Shown here one piece after another: positions 27,626 through 36,813 of a stretch of 62,271 bases of DNA. Location: positions 1-62,271 of IMG/VR virus record IMGVR_UViG_3300032307_000095; one strand, given 5' to 3'. The notes beneath the pieces were generated by a model. That model was given only the letters and a program-made list of their open reading frames with translations, searched no databases and was not told the DNA's origin. Position 1 is the first letter of the stretch. Each line of letters starts with the position of its first letter. Source of the stretch: a virus. Its lineage: Duplodnaviria > Caudoviricetes. Both the position numbers and the translations under genes were made by a program.

Positions 27626-27978
27626 CAGTCAACCCATTCCATGAACGTGTTGCCCTTGTGCTGGAAGATAGCCAGTCGAAATACTTTACCAACTGTTGGG
27701 TCGTTCTCGCCGTCGTAGTTGTAACTACACTGCTCGCAAGTGAACTCGATGAGCATGCCGTGCCTGCGTGGGCTTGGGTTGCAGGTGTCTCGTGCGGGGA
27801 ACTTGGTCGCTTGCACGTTGTGGCCGTCTTGTGCAATGACTGTGACTGTCTCGGGGTCCTCACCACATTCAAAGATCGTGGTGTTGCCTTGGTGAATGTT
27901 GCCGCCGCTCCCGCATGGGCAGCGTAGCTCGCCGTAGTTATCGCTGTCAACCACAGCGGGGTTTAAACCGAATGCCAT
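27625..27978 (-). CDS. Zn-binding hypothetical protein
   Basis: CPCG...CEQC; first gene downstream of a promoter. Confidence 0.6.
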   Translation of the reverse strand: MAFGLNPAVVDSDNYGELRCPCGSGGNIHQGNTTIFECGEDPETVTVIAQDGHNVQATKFPARDTCNPSPRRHGMLIEFTCEQCSYNYDGENDPTVGKVFRLAIFQHKGNTFMEWVD

Positions 27979-28008
27979 CTAATACTCCAATCTGTTTAGG
28001 GAACGGTC

Positions 28009-28036
28009 ATCATATCATCGCTCTTTACTTTGTCAA
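28009..28036 (-). promoter_or_regulatory. Sigma70-type promoter TTGACA-16-TATGAT for the replication genes
   Basis: Plus-strand TGTCAA 28031-28036 and ATCATA 28009-28014, just downstream of a terminator. Confidence 0.55.
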
Positions 28037-28046
28037 CACCCAGACG

Positions 28047-28071
28047 AAAAAAAGCCCGCACTTGGCGGGCT
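28047..28071 (-). terminator. Intrinsic terminator ending the early block
   Basis: Minus strand AGCCCGC-caagt-GCGGGCT followed by a T-run. Confidence 0.8.
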
Positions 28072-28097
28072 AGTAGTTTCCCTAACAATGTTAGGTG

Positions 28098-28607
28098 TCA
28101 GACAGAATGTTCAATCTCGCGCTTGAGATACCAGATTGCTTTCTCAAGGTCTTGCTTGCGACTGCCTTTGTGGTCGGCACGGGTGATGTACTTCACTGCG
28201 TTGCCCATGTTGTAGTTCAAACGCTTGGCCTCGATGAAGTCGATGGTCTCGATACCGCCTACCTTGTAATGGGCAGGGTGGTTGACCGGGTCGGACTTGG
28301 GTTCAATCATTTCGATTTGCGGGTTACGAATTCGGCCCTTACCTGCCTGATACGCTAGCTCCATCTCCTTCTCAACGCTGTTGTCAGACGTGCTGATATG
28401 CAGGGTCTTCCACTTCTTCGGCACAGGTCGTGGTGTTCTGGGCACGGGCATTGTTTTCTCCCCTGCTTTTTTCATTTCATATTTGATTACTGAAACGTGC
28501 TGTGCGGTAACGTTTAGCACTTCGGCTACCTTCTTAGGTGTAGCTGTTGGGTTGTTTCGCAGGTATGCACGGATTTTTGCTGCGGTTGAGTTTGCGTGTT
28601 TAGACAT
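28098..28607 (-). CDS. DUF3310 (T7 gp1.7-like) protein with N-terminal HTH-like extension
   Basis: DPVNHPAHY..IETIDFI..GNAVKY..R..K..DLEKAIWYL. Confidence 0.85.
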   Translation of the reverse strand: MSKHANSTAAKIRAYLRNNPTATPKKVAEVLNVTAQHVSVIKYEMKKAGEKTMPVPRTPRPVPKKWKTLHISTSDNSVEKEMELAYQAGKGRIRNPQIEMIEPKSDPVNHPAHYKVGGIETIDFIEAKRLNYNMGNAVKYITRADHKGSRKQDLEKAIWYLKREIEHSV

Positions 28608-28803
28608 TGTTTGCTCCAGTCTGTTGGTTAACGTAGTTCACTAAAATCTCCCTGATCTTTGCTTGTTTTGAATACTCGTGGTGCTTGCCAAAGTAGTCCA
28701 GCACATGCGCAGGTAGCCGTAGGCTTGTGCACAACATGCGTGGCTTCTTGCCGGGGCCCCGCCCCTTGCGTTCTTTTTTAGGTTCGATTGCTTCTGTGTT
28801 CAT
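28600..28803 (-). CDS. Small ribbon-helix-helix protein (BrnA-like)
   Basis: RGPGKK..SLRLP..VLDYF....QAKIREIL. Confidence 0.65.
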   Translation of the reverse strand: MNTEAIEPKKERKGRGPGKKPRMLCTSLRLPAHVLDYFGKHHEYSKQAKIREILVNYVNQQTGANNV

Positions 28804-28821
28804 AGCAGTGCTTCGGGTTGG

Positions 28822-29067
28822 TTAGTTGTCGGTTTCCGTCTTTCGACGATAGACAGGTGCATCAAGTTCAAGACCTTGGGATCGGCCCGATCGAACGGCC
28901 ACCACGCTTTTGTTACGAGGGCGTGGAGTTGTTCCCGCTGCGACTTGTTCAAGCGTGATGAATATGTGTGTGTTGCCGCATTCTTTTCTGCGCCAGATTT
29001 CGTTGGTGTCTTCATTGACTCGTGTCTCCAGTGTGCGGGTCCATACGCCACAGATAGGGCATTTCAT
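28822..29067 (-). CDS. NrdR-N-terminal-like zinc-ribbon protein
   Basis: MKCPICG..TLETR...WRRKECGNTHIFITLE. Confidence 0.7.
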   Translation of the reverse strand: MKCPICGVWTRTLETRVNEDTNEIWRRKECGNTHIFITLEQVAAGTTPRPRNKSVVAVRSGRSQGLELDAPVYRRKTETDN

Positions 29068-29324
29068 AGTTCGTGTTTGTTGAGGTAGGGTTTGATGTGG
29101 GGGGTGGCCCGGCTGTAAATGCCGAACGCTTTGTAGTCTGTGCTTACGACCGCACCCTTAGCACGAAACGCAACGTCTTGCAAAAAGATGCTGGGTTGCT
29201 TGTTGTACGCCCAATGAAAAGGCGAGTTGGGGTGGCAGTTGCAAGCTAGTTTTTTCATGGTGCCTTTCAAAACGAAACAGTTACGTTCAGGGTCGTAGCG
29301 CGTGAGCGCGATGGTGTCGATCAT
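29064..29324 (-). CDS. Hypothetical protein
   Basis: Stop/start overlaps with both neighbours. Confidence 0.55.
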   Translation of the reverse strand: MIDTIALTRYDPERNCFVLKGTMKKLACNCHPNSPFHWAYNKQPSIFLQDVAFRAKGAVVSTDYKAFGIYSRATPHIKPYLNKHEL

Positions 29325-29512
29325 TTCTTCATGTTCCTCACGTATGCCGCAAAGGATGCTGCGGTATCTCCAAGCACCTTCATCTTGTCGAACTCTCGGG
29401 CAACTTCTTCCAGTGTTGCGTTGCGCAGGTTGCGCTCGTAGTCGTGCTCCCGCTCCACTGCTTTGTTCCTTGAACTCACGTAGTCTTGAATGTCGTCGTC
29501 ATCTTCTCTCAT
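29321..29512 (-). CDS. Hypothetical protein
   Basis: Coupled ORF; RNATLEEVA motif common in small phage genes. Confidence 0.6.
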   Translation of the reverse strand: MREDDDDIQDYVSSRNKAVEREHDYERNLRNATLEEVAREFDKMKVLGDTAASFAAYVRNMKK

Positions 29513-29898
29513 AGTGCTCTCCTTATTTCTCTTACCTTGTCACGGGTCAAGCCCATGTTGAATACGCTGGTCATGCGAATTACTTTGATGGTCTTTTGCG
29601 CACTGCGTTTGCGGTTTGCCCGAATGTCAGGCTTGGGCTTTGGCTTGTCTTCCTTATCTCCAAGCATGTACACCGCCCGTGGGTAGCGCCGCGCATCGTC
29701 GTGCTCGTAGGTCCAGTTGGCAACGTGTATGCGCTTCTCACCAGCCTTGGTGCGTTTGTTCATGCGGTTCAGTACAGCATGTGCATCGTAGCGTCCAATG
29801 TCGGCGTAGTCGGCAAACTCCTGCGCAGTCATGCGCTTGAACTCCGCGAACGCTTCCAGTGCCTTGATGACATGCACGCCTGTGTTGGTTGTCCCCAT
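29509..29898 (-). CDS. Winged-HTH-like DNA-binding protein
   Basis: MTAQEFADYADI..YDAHAVLNRM and a basic C-terminus. Confidence 0.55.
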   Translation of the reverse strand: MGTTNTGVHVIKALEAFAEFKRMTAQEFADYADIGRYDAHAVLNRMNKRTKAGEKRIHVANWTYEHDDARRYPRAVYMLGDKEDKPKPKPDIRANRKRSAQKTIKVIRMTSVFNMGLTRDKVREIRRAL

Positions 29899-30188
29899 TA
29901 CTCTTGCTTCTCCTCAAGTATTGCTTTGATGAAGTTGCCGCAGCGTGTGCAGCAGTACCAGTAGCTGTTAGGCGGCAGGTTCTTGATGTAGGTGACTTGT
30001 TCCCAGCGGTGTTTGCATTCAGTCATAGTCCAGCCCCAACTCTCTGGCGTTCTCTGCCTTCTTGTCGAGGGCACGGGCTTGCTTGATGGCATCTCTTGCT
30101 TCAATCCAAGGCAGAACAGGCGCTCCGTTATGGTTTGCCAATACGCTTTCCAACGCCTCCAGCGCTAAGTCCAGTGCTTCGTCTTTGG

Positions 30189-30518
30189 TCATACCCCACT
30201 CCCTCTCTTGGCGCACGGCCAGCGGTTAGCCAGCGTGACCTGAACATATACGTCCGCAGCCAGATGCCGCTCGGACGGGATGCGCTCCAAAGATTGCTTG
30301 ACCATGTCAGTCATTTGGCCCACTGTCACAACCCCCGGTGGGATGCAGATCGTCACACCCGATTGAGAGTCGGCAACCCCTGCGATGTAGCCAAACACCC
30401 ACATGCGGTTGTCGCCCATGCGGGTGAGTAGCTCTTGCCCCGTAATCAGGGTGGACGACTGCTGAGCATGGACGGAGCAAGACAACAACAGTCCAGCAAT
30501 GGTTAAAAGTTTCCTCAT
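30189..30518 (-). CDS. Rap1a-like (T6SS amidase immunity family) exported protein
   Basis: Signal peptide ending VHA; TGQELL, GYIAGVAD, ICIP, TVGQM and terminal WPC. Confidence 0.75.
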   Translation of the reverse strand: MRKLLTIAGLLLSCSVHAQQSSTLITGQELLTRMGDNRMWVFGYIAGVADSQSGVTICIPPGVVTVGQMTDMVKQSLERIPSERHLAADVYVQVTLANRWPCAKRGSGV

Positions 30519-30700
30519 ACTGTCTCTCCTAGTATCTGTGCAACGATCTTCTTGATCCTGCTGTGTGCGTCTGCTTTCGTAAACGGCGCAGTCAGGATGT
30601 TGTCGATAGAGACGAGCGCCTCGTAGTATTCAGTGCCTTTCAGGGCATGCTCTAGTTTGTGCTCGTCTTCGGGGTAGTTGAACTCAAGGACGGCTTTCAT
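30515..30700 (-). CDS. Hypothetical protein
   Basis: MKAVLEFNYPED start, coupled to neighbours. Confidence 0.6.
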   Translation of the reverse strand: MKAVLEFNYPEDEHKLEHALKGTEYYEALVSIDNILTAPFTKADAHSRIKKIVAQILGETV

Positions 30701-30876
30701 TTAATCCGCCGCACTAGGTTTACCCACATGGGTTCTTCGCTCACCACAGGTGGGGGCACTATCTTCTCGCTCGGCGGTGTCCAGCCGTACTTGCGCCACA
30801 GTGCTTGCACATCGGAGCCACTGCTCCATTTGAAATCAGGATGACCCACGGGTATCCAAGGGATAGTCTTCTTCAT
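30697..30876 (-). CDS. Hypothetical 59-aa protein (not in the ORF track)
   Basis: MKKTIPW...DVQALWRKYGWTPPSE; ATGA overlaps on both sides. Confidence 0.6.
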   Translation of the reverse strand: MKKTIPWIPVGHPDFKWSSGSDVQALWRKYGWTPPSEKIVPPPVVSEEPMWVNLVRRIK

Positions 30877-31736
30877 TTGTTTGCTCCTTCTGCATCTAAC
30901 ACAACAACGAACACTTCACTGCTTACTCTGCAACCAGCATTCGTCACCATCTGTCTGTACTCGACCAGCTTCAGCAGACCCAGTCGGCCCCGTATTTGTT
31001 CGGGGAGGTCATTATCATCAAACAGTTGTACGTTGTCACCTGTTTTAACTATGTATTTACCCTGATCCAACACAACAAGCGCAGCATTGTTCGCGGAGTA
31101 TTTGCTCCGCACTTCCTCAATAGTGTCTGCGTCCAACTTCTTCTTGTCGTAACTCTCTAACATTGTTAGGTTCTCTGGCGCAAGCACTTTGGAAAACTGC
31201 TCGAACGCTTCGCGGTTGTGCTCCATAACAAACTTGAGGCATGCGGTCTCCAGCTTGTACTTGACTGCTTGCGTCTCGTGGTTAGACCGATTCACAGCGG
31301 AGGTGATTGCATCGCTCGCATCGCGTTCCGCTTTATCGAGTCGCTCGTTGAGATTACGCTTAACAAAGTACTTCTTAATGGCACTGAGCGCACGCTTGTC
31401 GTTGCTCGTGCGCATGCGGCTGTTGTTCACCCGGTGGTTGTATATGCCCACGCCGTGGTTACCACGGAAATAATCTGTCTCTATGTAGCCCAGCTTCTCA
31501 CCGTCGCAACTGATGTGAATTGTCTTGGGTGTAGCTGCGCTGGTGTCATTGTAGACAAGCCCCTCTAGCTGAAACCGCCATGTCGGGTTAGCCAAGTAAA
31601 GCGCATTGAACAGCTCGCCCATCATGGTCGATCTGAATTTGAAGTCGCCGCCCCAGTTGTTGTACCGTTGGTTGACCCGATTCAATGTCTCGGGCTCGAA
31701 CGATACGTTGGGCAGGTTGCGTGTGTTGAATCTCAT
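30873..31736 (-). CDS. Hypothetical early protein
   Basis: RBS AAGGAG before MRFNTRN; 287 aa. Confidence 0.7.
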   Translation of the reverse strand: MRFNTRNLPNVSFEPETLNRVNQRYNNWGGDFKFRSTMMGELFNALYLANPTWRFQLEGLVYNDTSAATPKTIHISCDGEKLGYIETDYFRGNHGVGIYNHRVNNSRMRTSNDKRALSAIKKYFVKRNLNERLDKAERDASDAITSAVNRSNHETQAVKYKLETACLKFVMEHNREAFEQFSKVLAPENLTMLESYDKKKLDADTIEEVRSKYSANNAALVVLDQGKYIVKTGDNVQLFDDNDLPEQIRGRLGLLKLVEYRQMVTNAGCRVSSEVFVVVLDAEGANK

Positions 31737-31746
31737 TGTGTTCTCC

Positions 31747-32601
31747 TTACCATTCAAACTTCTTGAGGATGTTGTCCACCTTGGACTTCAGCTCGCTTCG
31801 TGCATCGCTGCTTTCCTTGATGACTTCTATGTTTGCCCCTAACATTGTTAGCTCTAGCTGTCGGCGAGCTTCTTCGAGCAGGGGGTTGTTGGTCACGTTC
31901 AGCTTTGTCAGCAGCCCGCATAACTCCAGAGGGTTACTGATAAGTGAGTCGTGGTAACGCTTCTTGGCGTCGTCGCCTTCAACGTCTGTCAGCTTCTCCG
32001 ACATGGTTGTCAGCATGTTGTGTAGGCGGTTCCACGGCTCGCGCACTGCGTCAGCCAGTCGCTCCTTGAACTTGTCCTCGAACTCCTCGCGCATCTCTGC
32101 CAAGTCATCCGCAGGTATGTCCAATCGGAAGTCACCTGACTCGGGCATGGGGTTCACGGCTCGGCGGAAACCGAACTTGGCTTTGACTGTCTCCAAGTCT
32201 GGATAGTCCTCGGCCTTGTACATCGTGCCAAGATTCTTCTGCGCCTCGCCCACCAGTCGTGGGTACTCGGTGTAAAAGTTGTGGCACATCATGTCGAACG
32301 TGCGCTCAAAGTCATTCATGGTCTGCTTGTATTCCATGAACAGCTTGGTCGGCAGCATGCGCTCGCCCTTGTCAGCCCACGGTAGGGTGTGCTGGTTGTG
32401 GTACAGGCGAACGCGAGCCGCGAACTTCTCAATGTCTTTGCGCAGGCTCGTACCCGCAAACAGATTCTTCTTGGTCTGCGATGCCCCGGCCACTGCCGAT
32501 GCGTCTGCATTCACTTTGTCCGTAACCTCTCGGTCGATCTTCGACGCAGGCCACACACTGATGTTCAATTCAACTAACACTGCTGATGCGCTGATACTCA
32601 T
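31747..32601 (-). CDS. DUF3150-like protein
   Basis: Start MSISASAV after AGGAG; TLPW, DYP..V..KF and LNVTNNP motifs; adjacent to vWA/AAA genes. Confidence 0.65.
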   Translation of the reverse strand: MSISASAVLVELNISVWPASKIDREVTDKVNADASAVAGASQTKKNLFAGTSLRKDIEKFAARVRLYHNQHTLPWADKGERMLPTKLFMEYKQTMNDFERTFDMMCHNFYTEYPRLVGEAQKNLGTMYKAEDYPDLETVKAKFGFRRAVNPMPESGDFRLDIPADDLAEMREEFEDKFKERLADAVREPWNRLHNMLTTMSEKLTDVEGDDAKKRYHDSLISNPLELCGLLTKLNVTNNPLLEEARRQLELTMLGANIEVIKESSDARSELKSKVDNILKKFEW

Positions 32602-32629
32602 TTGGTTTCTCCTAACATTGTTACTCGGA

Positions 32630-32854
32630 TCACTTCTTGTCTGGCTTGCCAGCCATACGTGCCATGTTCGCAACCTCGTCGGGCACGATCTTCATCGTGA
32701 AGTCCCGCTCGGATGGGTACGCAAAGTAGGCGGTGTTGCCTTCTGCATACTTCTCCTCCCATACATGCGCCTTCGACAGAATCTCGGCCACAGTCACTGC
32801 GTCCTTGACAGACAGCAGCACCTGCGTATCCCAGCCCAACTTTAATACCATCAT
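32630..32854 (-). CDS. Hypothetical protein
   Basis: GGAG RBS before MMVLKLG. Confidence 0.6.
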   Translation of the reverse strand: MMVLKLGWDTQVLLSVKDAVTVAEILSKAHVWEEKYAEGNTAYFAYPSERDFTMKIVPDEVANMARMAGKPDKK

Positions 32855-32864
32855 GTTGATCTCC

Positions 32865-34067
32865 TCAGTTGCTGATGTGAATTGTTTTGCCGTTTGGAGC
32901 GACACTTGTGTTACCTCCTGTGATGGCCCACATAACCGGAGCAGTCCAGTCACTGCCCCAGTCATTGCCGACATAGCCATCTGTGAGAACGATGATGCAC
33001 TCAGGAACAATCTTCTTCTCCTTCAGATACTCAGACATGCAGCTTGGGCTTGTGCCCCCGCCACCCTTGGGTTTGGTAGAGCTAACAATGTTAGATACGT
33101 CAGCGTCGGCATACTCCTCGTGCGCCGCCACGTCACTGTCCCAATAGATCAGGTCAACCTTCTCGGGGTTTACTTCTTCCGCGATACCCTTTACCTCGGA
33201 CAGAAACTCTGCGAGCTCAGGCCCACCGATCGAACCCGATGTGTCGATACCCACAACGATGTGGCCCACCTTCTCACCCACCATTGATGGCATGTAGATA
33301 CCAGTAGACAGGAAGCGCCGGTTGACCCTGCGCCAGCTTGATGTGTCTTTGGCTCGGCAGATTGCTTTCACATACTCACGCAACTCCTCGCGCCAGTTGA
33401 CCTTGGGCTCCAGCAAGTCTTGCAACTCGCGGTCGAGTCCACCCGCACCCTTGCCGTTGATCTTCTGGTGCGCCATCAACCCCTGCCGGATAGCTTGGTC
33501 AATGTCCCGCGCCAGTTCCTTCTTCTGCTCGTCGGTCATCTCCTTCGCACCATCCCAGTCGTGCTCGTCGATACCATCGCCATCATCGCCGCCGCCTTCG
33601 CCATCCTTTTGCTCTTGCTTGAGAATGTCGAACACTTGCTTCGTGTTCATGCCACGGAACCGCTCGTCGATCAAGCCTATCTTCTTGCCAGCATGTGGCC
33701 CATCCCTGTACATAGGCATGGCGATGACGTTCTCGCCCGGATCGAGGTCTCTGAGCATGAGGTTAATAACGTAGTCACAAGCCCGATTGGCTAACGCGTG
33801 ATCTTCGTCATGTAACTTCTTCCACGTAGTCATGTGGCGGTACATCTTGTGCCCCGCCTCGTGTGCAATCACAAAGGCAAGCTCGGAGTCACGTAGCTTG
33901 CGCACAAACTCACGACCATAAATCTCATCGCGACCGTTGGTGCATGCAGTCGGCACGTTGTCGGCTACCTTCGTCTTGCCCACCATCAAGATACCTTGCA
34001 ACAATGCAAACTTGGGGTGTCGCATCAAGGTGATCTTGGCCTTCTGAACCTTGCGTTCCTCTAACAT
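32865..34067 (-). CDS. DUF2201-like metallopeptidase + vWA domain protein
   Basis: HEAGH, acidic linker, MIDAS DTSGS, GGGT and LTDG. Confidence 0.88.
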   Translation of the reverse strand: MLEERKVQKAKITLMRHPKFALLQGILMVGKTKVADNVPTACTNGRDEIYGREFVRKLRDSELAFVIAHEAGHKMYRHMTTWKKLHDEDHALANRACDYVINLMLRDLDPGENVIAMPMYRDGPHAGKKIGLIDERFRGMNTKQVFDILKQEQKDGEGGGDDGDGIDEHDWDGAKEMTDEQKKELARDIDQAIRQGLMAHQKINGKGAGGLDRELQDLLEPKVNWREELREYVKAICRAKDTSSWRRVNRRFLSTGIYMPSMVGEKVGHIVVGIDTSGSIGGPELAEFLSEVKGIAEEVNPEKVDLIYWDSDVAAHEEYADADVSNIVSSTKPKGGGGTSPSCMSEYLKEKKIVPECIIVLTDGYVGNDWGSDWTAPVMWAITGGNTSVAPNGKTIHISN

Positions 34068-34081
34068 TGTTAGCTCCTTGT

Positions 34082-34456
34082 TTAAAAATCAACTTCGATA
34101 TGACGAACGACTCTGATAACGTAGTCAGCGTTAAATGAATTTCTTTCTTCAATGTCGTTAGTCTCTTCCCCAATACGTACGAACTCGCAAGCCCACGTAC
34201 CGTCTTGGCACTTCTCCATGCTTGTGAACTTATCCTCGAACTCGTTGAACGCCTGCACTTCGGGGTAGCTGTCGTACCATTTGTAGTGAGGCACACGGAA
34301 CACGAACCCCCGCCGCTTGCATGGCTCCTCGCACTCCTCTTCTAAGTATTTGTCCAAGTCCTTCGGAAAGTTCTCGTTAACGAACAGCTTGAGCAGCGGC
34401 CATTCGTCTTTCTCGTTGGTGTAGAACACCGCAGTTATCTCGCTTCTATACCCCAT
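34082..34456 (-). CDS. Hypothetical acidic protein (MGYRS start)
   Basis: KWY..YPEV and FVRIGEE..D motifs; GGAG RBS. Confidence 0.7.
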   Translation of the reverse strand: MGYRSEITAVFYTNEKDEWPLLKLFVNENFPKDLDKYLEEECEEPCKRRGFVFRVPHYKWYDSYPEVQAFNEFEDKFTSMEKCQDGTWACEFVRIGEETNDIEERNSFNADYVIRVVRHIEVDF

Positions 34457-34474
34457 GTCTTGCTCCTAACATTG

Positions 34475-34771
34475 TTAGCTCCTCATGTGTTGTTTATCTT
34501 CCTCTGCTGTCAACAGCAAAGTAACGAATCCGAGCACGGCGTAGTAGTCGTGCCCTTCGTACAGCACCTCTCTCGGTGCCGCTGTGTGTATGCTTGGCCT
34601 GACGCCCCACCGAATCAAAGTGAACCGATACGGCGGAGCCTTCAGGCTAAACACCTGCTGTGCTATGTCCAAGTCATACCCCCAAACGATTTGCCGGAGC
34701 TTGCGCATCTTCCACTCAAGCTCCTCCCATCCAAGCGGGTAGTTCTGAAATGCAATGGTTGCGTATAACAT
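34475..34771 (-). CDS. Hypothetical protein (start MLYATIAF)
   Basis: Starts immediately after the AAA gene; its TAA stop lies inside a palindrome copy. Confidence 0.55.
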   Translation of the reverse strand: MLYATIAFQNYPLGWEELEWKMRKLRQIVWGYDLDIAQQVFSLKAPPYRFTLIRWGVRPSIHTAAPREVLYEGHDYYAVLGFVTLLLTAEEDKQHMRS

Positions 34772-34772
34772 C

Positions 34773-35837
34773 TCAAAGCAGGTCTTGATTCTTCGCAACC
34801 CAGTCCGAGAACGCCTTGCAACTGAACGCAATGGATTGTTTGGATGGTGTACGTGCGATGTTGATAGCAAAGCATGCTTGCCACTCGGGCTCGAACCTCT
34901 CCAGATAGGACATGAACGGAGCGATCGTTGTCTTGTCCACACGGGCGATAGCACCGAACACCACGATGGCACATGCGCCGGGGCTTGTGGGTACAGTCGT
35001 AGTCTTTGGATGCTCGATGGTTGACTCCCATGTTGGCAGTTGGTCCGAGAACTCGATGTACGCCTGCATGTCACGGGCTGCACTCTCACCGATCGCACCA
35101 GTCAGCGCGGCAATCACTGCGTCACTGTCGTTGTCCTTGCGTGTCCTAACAATGTTAGATGCAGTCTCAAGTGAGCGTGGTGATACGAACGCTGTCTGTG
35201 TCTTCCTTGGGTTGTAGATGTAAGGGTTGTCGCCCTGTCCACCATCCGTGTAGCTTGCCAGTGCATGAGGGAAACGATTCACCCACGCAATCACCTCGGG
35301 CTCGATGCCTTTATTGATGGCCCAGTCGATCCACTGGTCTGCGTCAGGCTTGCTGATCGTCACCGGAACCAGTCGGTTACGGCTGTGTGCTTTGAGGGAG
35401 TCGCCCACGCCGTCCGTGCTCAGGTTACCCGTCAAGAATACGATCGTGTCCTTGGTCAGTGGGATGTCACCGAGTCGTGGGTTGGCCTTCTCAAGCATGG
35501 GGTGCAGCATGTTCTTCACCGGGTCGGCACCCTTGGTGAACTCGTCGAGCATGATGACCAGTGGCTTGTTCTCGTGGATGCGGAAGCGTGCGTTGGGGTA
35601 GTAGCGTGTTGTCTTCGTGTCGTGGTCGATCACGGGCATGGCAATGTCGCCCAAGTCCATGTTCGGTACGTCTATGTACGCATACTCAAACCCGAGCGAG
35701 TCGGCAATGTTTTCCAGCAGTGATGACTTGCCGATGCCGGGCTCGCCTTGCAACAGGAAGCGGGTGGTTGGGTTGGTGCGGATCAAGTTGGCCGCTTGCT
35801 TGAGCGTGATGCTCTTACCGAAAGATACTTCTGACAT
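34773..35837 (-). CDS. MoxR-like AAA+ ATPase
   Basis: GEPGIGKS, MLDEF, TGN, Arg finger RNRL and SPRS. Confidence 0.9.
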   Translation of the reverse strand: MSEVSFGKSITLKQAANLIRTNPTTRFLLQGEPGIGKSSLLENIADSLGFEYAYIDVPNMDLGDIAMPVIDHDTKTTRYYPNARFRIHENKPLVIMLDEFTKGADPVKNMLHPMLEKANPRLGDIPLTKDTIVFLTGNLSTDGVGDSLKAHSRNRLVPVTISKPDADQWIDWAINKGIEPEVIAWVNRFPHALASYTDGGQGDNPYIYNPRKTQTAFVSPRSLETASNIVRTRKDNDSDAVIAALTGAIGESAARDMQAYIEFSDQLPTWESTIEHPKTTTVPTSPGACAIVVFGAIARVDKTTIAPFMSYLERFEPEWQACFAINIARTPSKQSIAFSCKAFSDWVAKNQDLL

Positions 35838-35932
35838 TTTGATTTCCTTCTAATGAACTCTGATTGAACTCTGATGTGAACCTAACATTGTTAGGTGGAT
35901 TTGGCGGGACGCATTTGTCCTCACCAGCTTAT

Positions 35933-35961
35933 ATTGTAACACAGATAGATACCTAAGTCAA
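35933..35961 (-). promoter_or_regulatory. Early sigma70 promoter TTGACT-17-TACAAT (copy 1)
   Basis: Part of a ~50-bp repeat 35923-35972 / 38643-38692. Confidence 0.85.
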
Positions 35962-35966
35962 GCAAT

Positions 35967-36191
35967 CTAGTCATTGGTCGTGACTAAATCTCTAGCCCTT
36001 ACGTACCTGTCTGTTAGCTGGGCCATCGCTTGCATGGCCCCGTGGTCGTCGCTCTCAGCAGCGATCCACCACATCTGATCACGGCCTCGCTTCTTGGCTA
36101 TACCTACGAAGTCGTACCATTGGCGCTCAACGACAATGAAGTTGCCGAACTTCCCGCGCAGCAGCATCCATTTCTTTTTGCGCCTCGGCAT
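35967..36191 (-). CDS. Hypothetical early protein
   Basis: Coupled ORF with GAGGAG RBS. Confidence 0.55.
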   Translation of the reverse strand: MPRRKKKWMLLRGKFGNFIVVERQWYDFVGIAKKRGRDQMWWIAAESDDHGAMQAMAQLTDRYVRARDLVTTND

Positions 36192-36385
36192 CAATGCTCC
36201 TCGAAGTAATAGCCGTCATCCTTGTGGACGATCCTGCCCTTGTTCTCGTACACACTCATCAGCCAGCGTGAATACTTGTTGGCTCTCGCCTCCTCTCTCG
36301 CTGCGTTCAGGTTGGCCGATGCGTTGCGCCACAGCAGTGCGAACACTGCAATCATGAGCACGTACTCCAGATCAGTGAAGCTCAT
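36191..36385 (-). CDS. Small membrane protein
   Basis: N-terminal TM segment YVLMIAVFALLW. Confidence 0.6.
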   Translation of the reverse strand: MSFTDLEYVLMIAVFALLWRNASANLNAAREEARANKYSRWLMSVYENKGRIVHKDDGYYFEEH

Positions 36386-36630
36386 TTCATCACCATCGCT
36401 TTCCTTGTGACTATCTCGGCTACCACAGTGGGTAACACTGTTAGGGGCTCGGACTCGCCGAACTCATCGCGCAAGCGTGTCCACACCGTGGCGTTCCACT
36501 TCGCTGTGCGTTGGTTGGGGACGTGCATCCACCGACCGCTTGCCCTGTCCACCACATCGAACCCATCATTGACGGGCACGATGATGCATCCCTTGTAGCC
36601 TGTCGGCACTCCGATGTTTACTTGTTTCAT
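36382..36630 (-). CDS. Hypothetical early protein
   Basis: RBS GGAGAAGG; coupled to the next ORF. Confidence 0.6.
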   Translation of the reverse strand: MKQVNIGVPTGYKGCIIVPVNDGFDVVDRASGRWMHVPNQRTAKWNATVWTRLRDEFGESEPLTVLPTVVAEIVTRKAMVMK

Positions 36631-36642
36631 TTACCTTCTCCT

Positions 36643-36813
36643 TTAACTGAATATTTCTTCGACTGATTCGACGTCCCATTGGGAGTCGTTGATGTTTACG
36701 TTGTCGGCTTCAATCCGTGCCCATGCTTTGGCCTCGGCATCGTCTTCGTTCTCAGCCTCCACAGTCACAGTGATGTAACTCGTGCGGCGCAACTCCACTT
36801 CAAATGTCTTCAT
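36643..36813 (-). CDS. Small acidic 56-aa protein (not in the ORF track)
   Basis: MKTFEVELRRTSYITVTVEAENEDDAEAKAW...; ATGA overlap with the upstream gene. Confidence 0.65.
   Translation of the reverse strand: MKTFEVELRRTSYITVTVEAENEDDAEAKAWARIEADNVNINDSQWDVESVEEIFS

Noticed and set aside
28800-29051. Alternative-frame ORF overlapping the zinc-ribbon gene
   Set aside because: The zinc-ribbon frame has the clear motif. A short 3' peptide (WWPFDRADP...) could be real but has no evident start.
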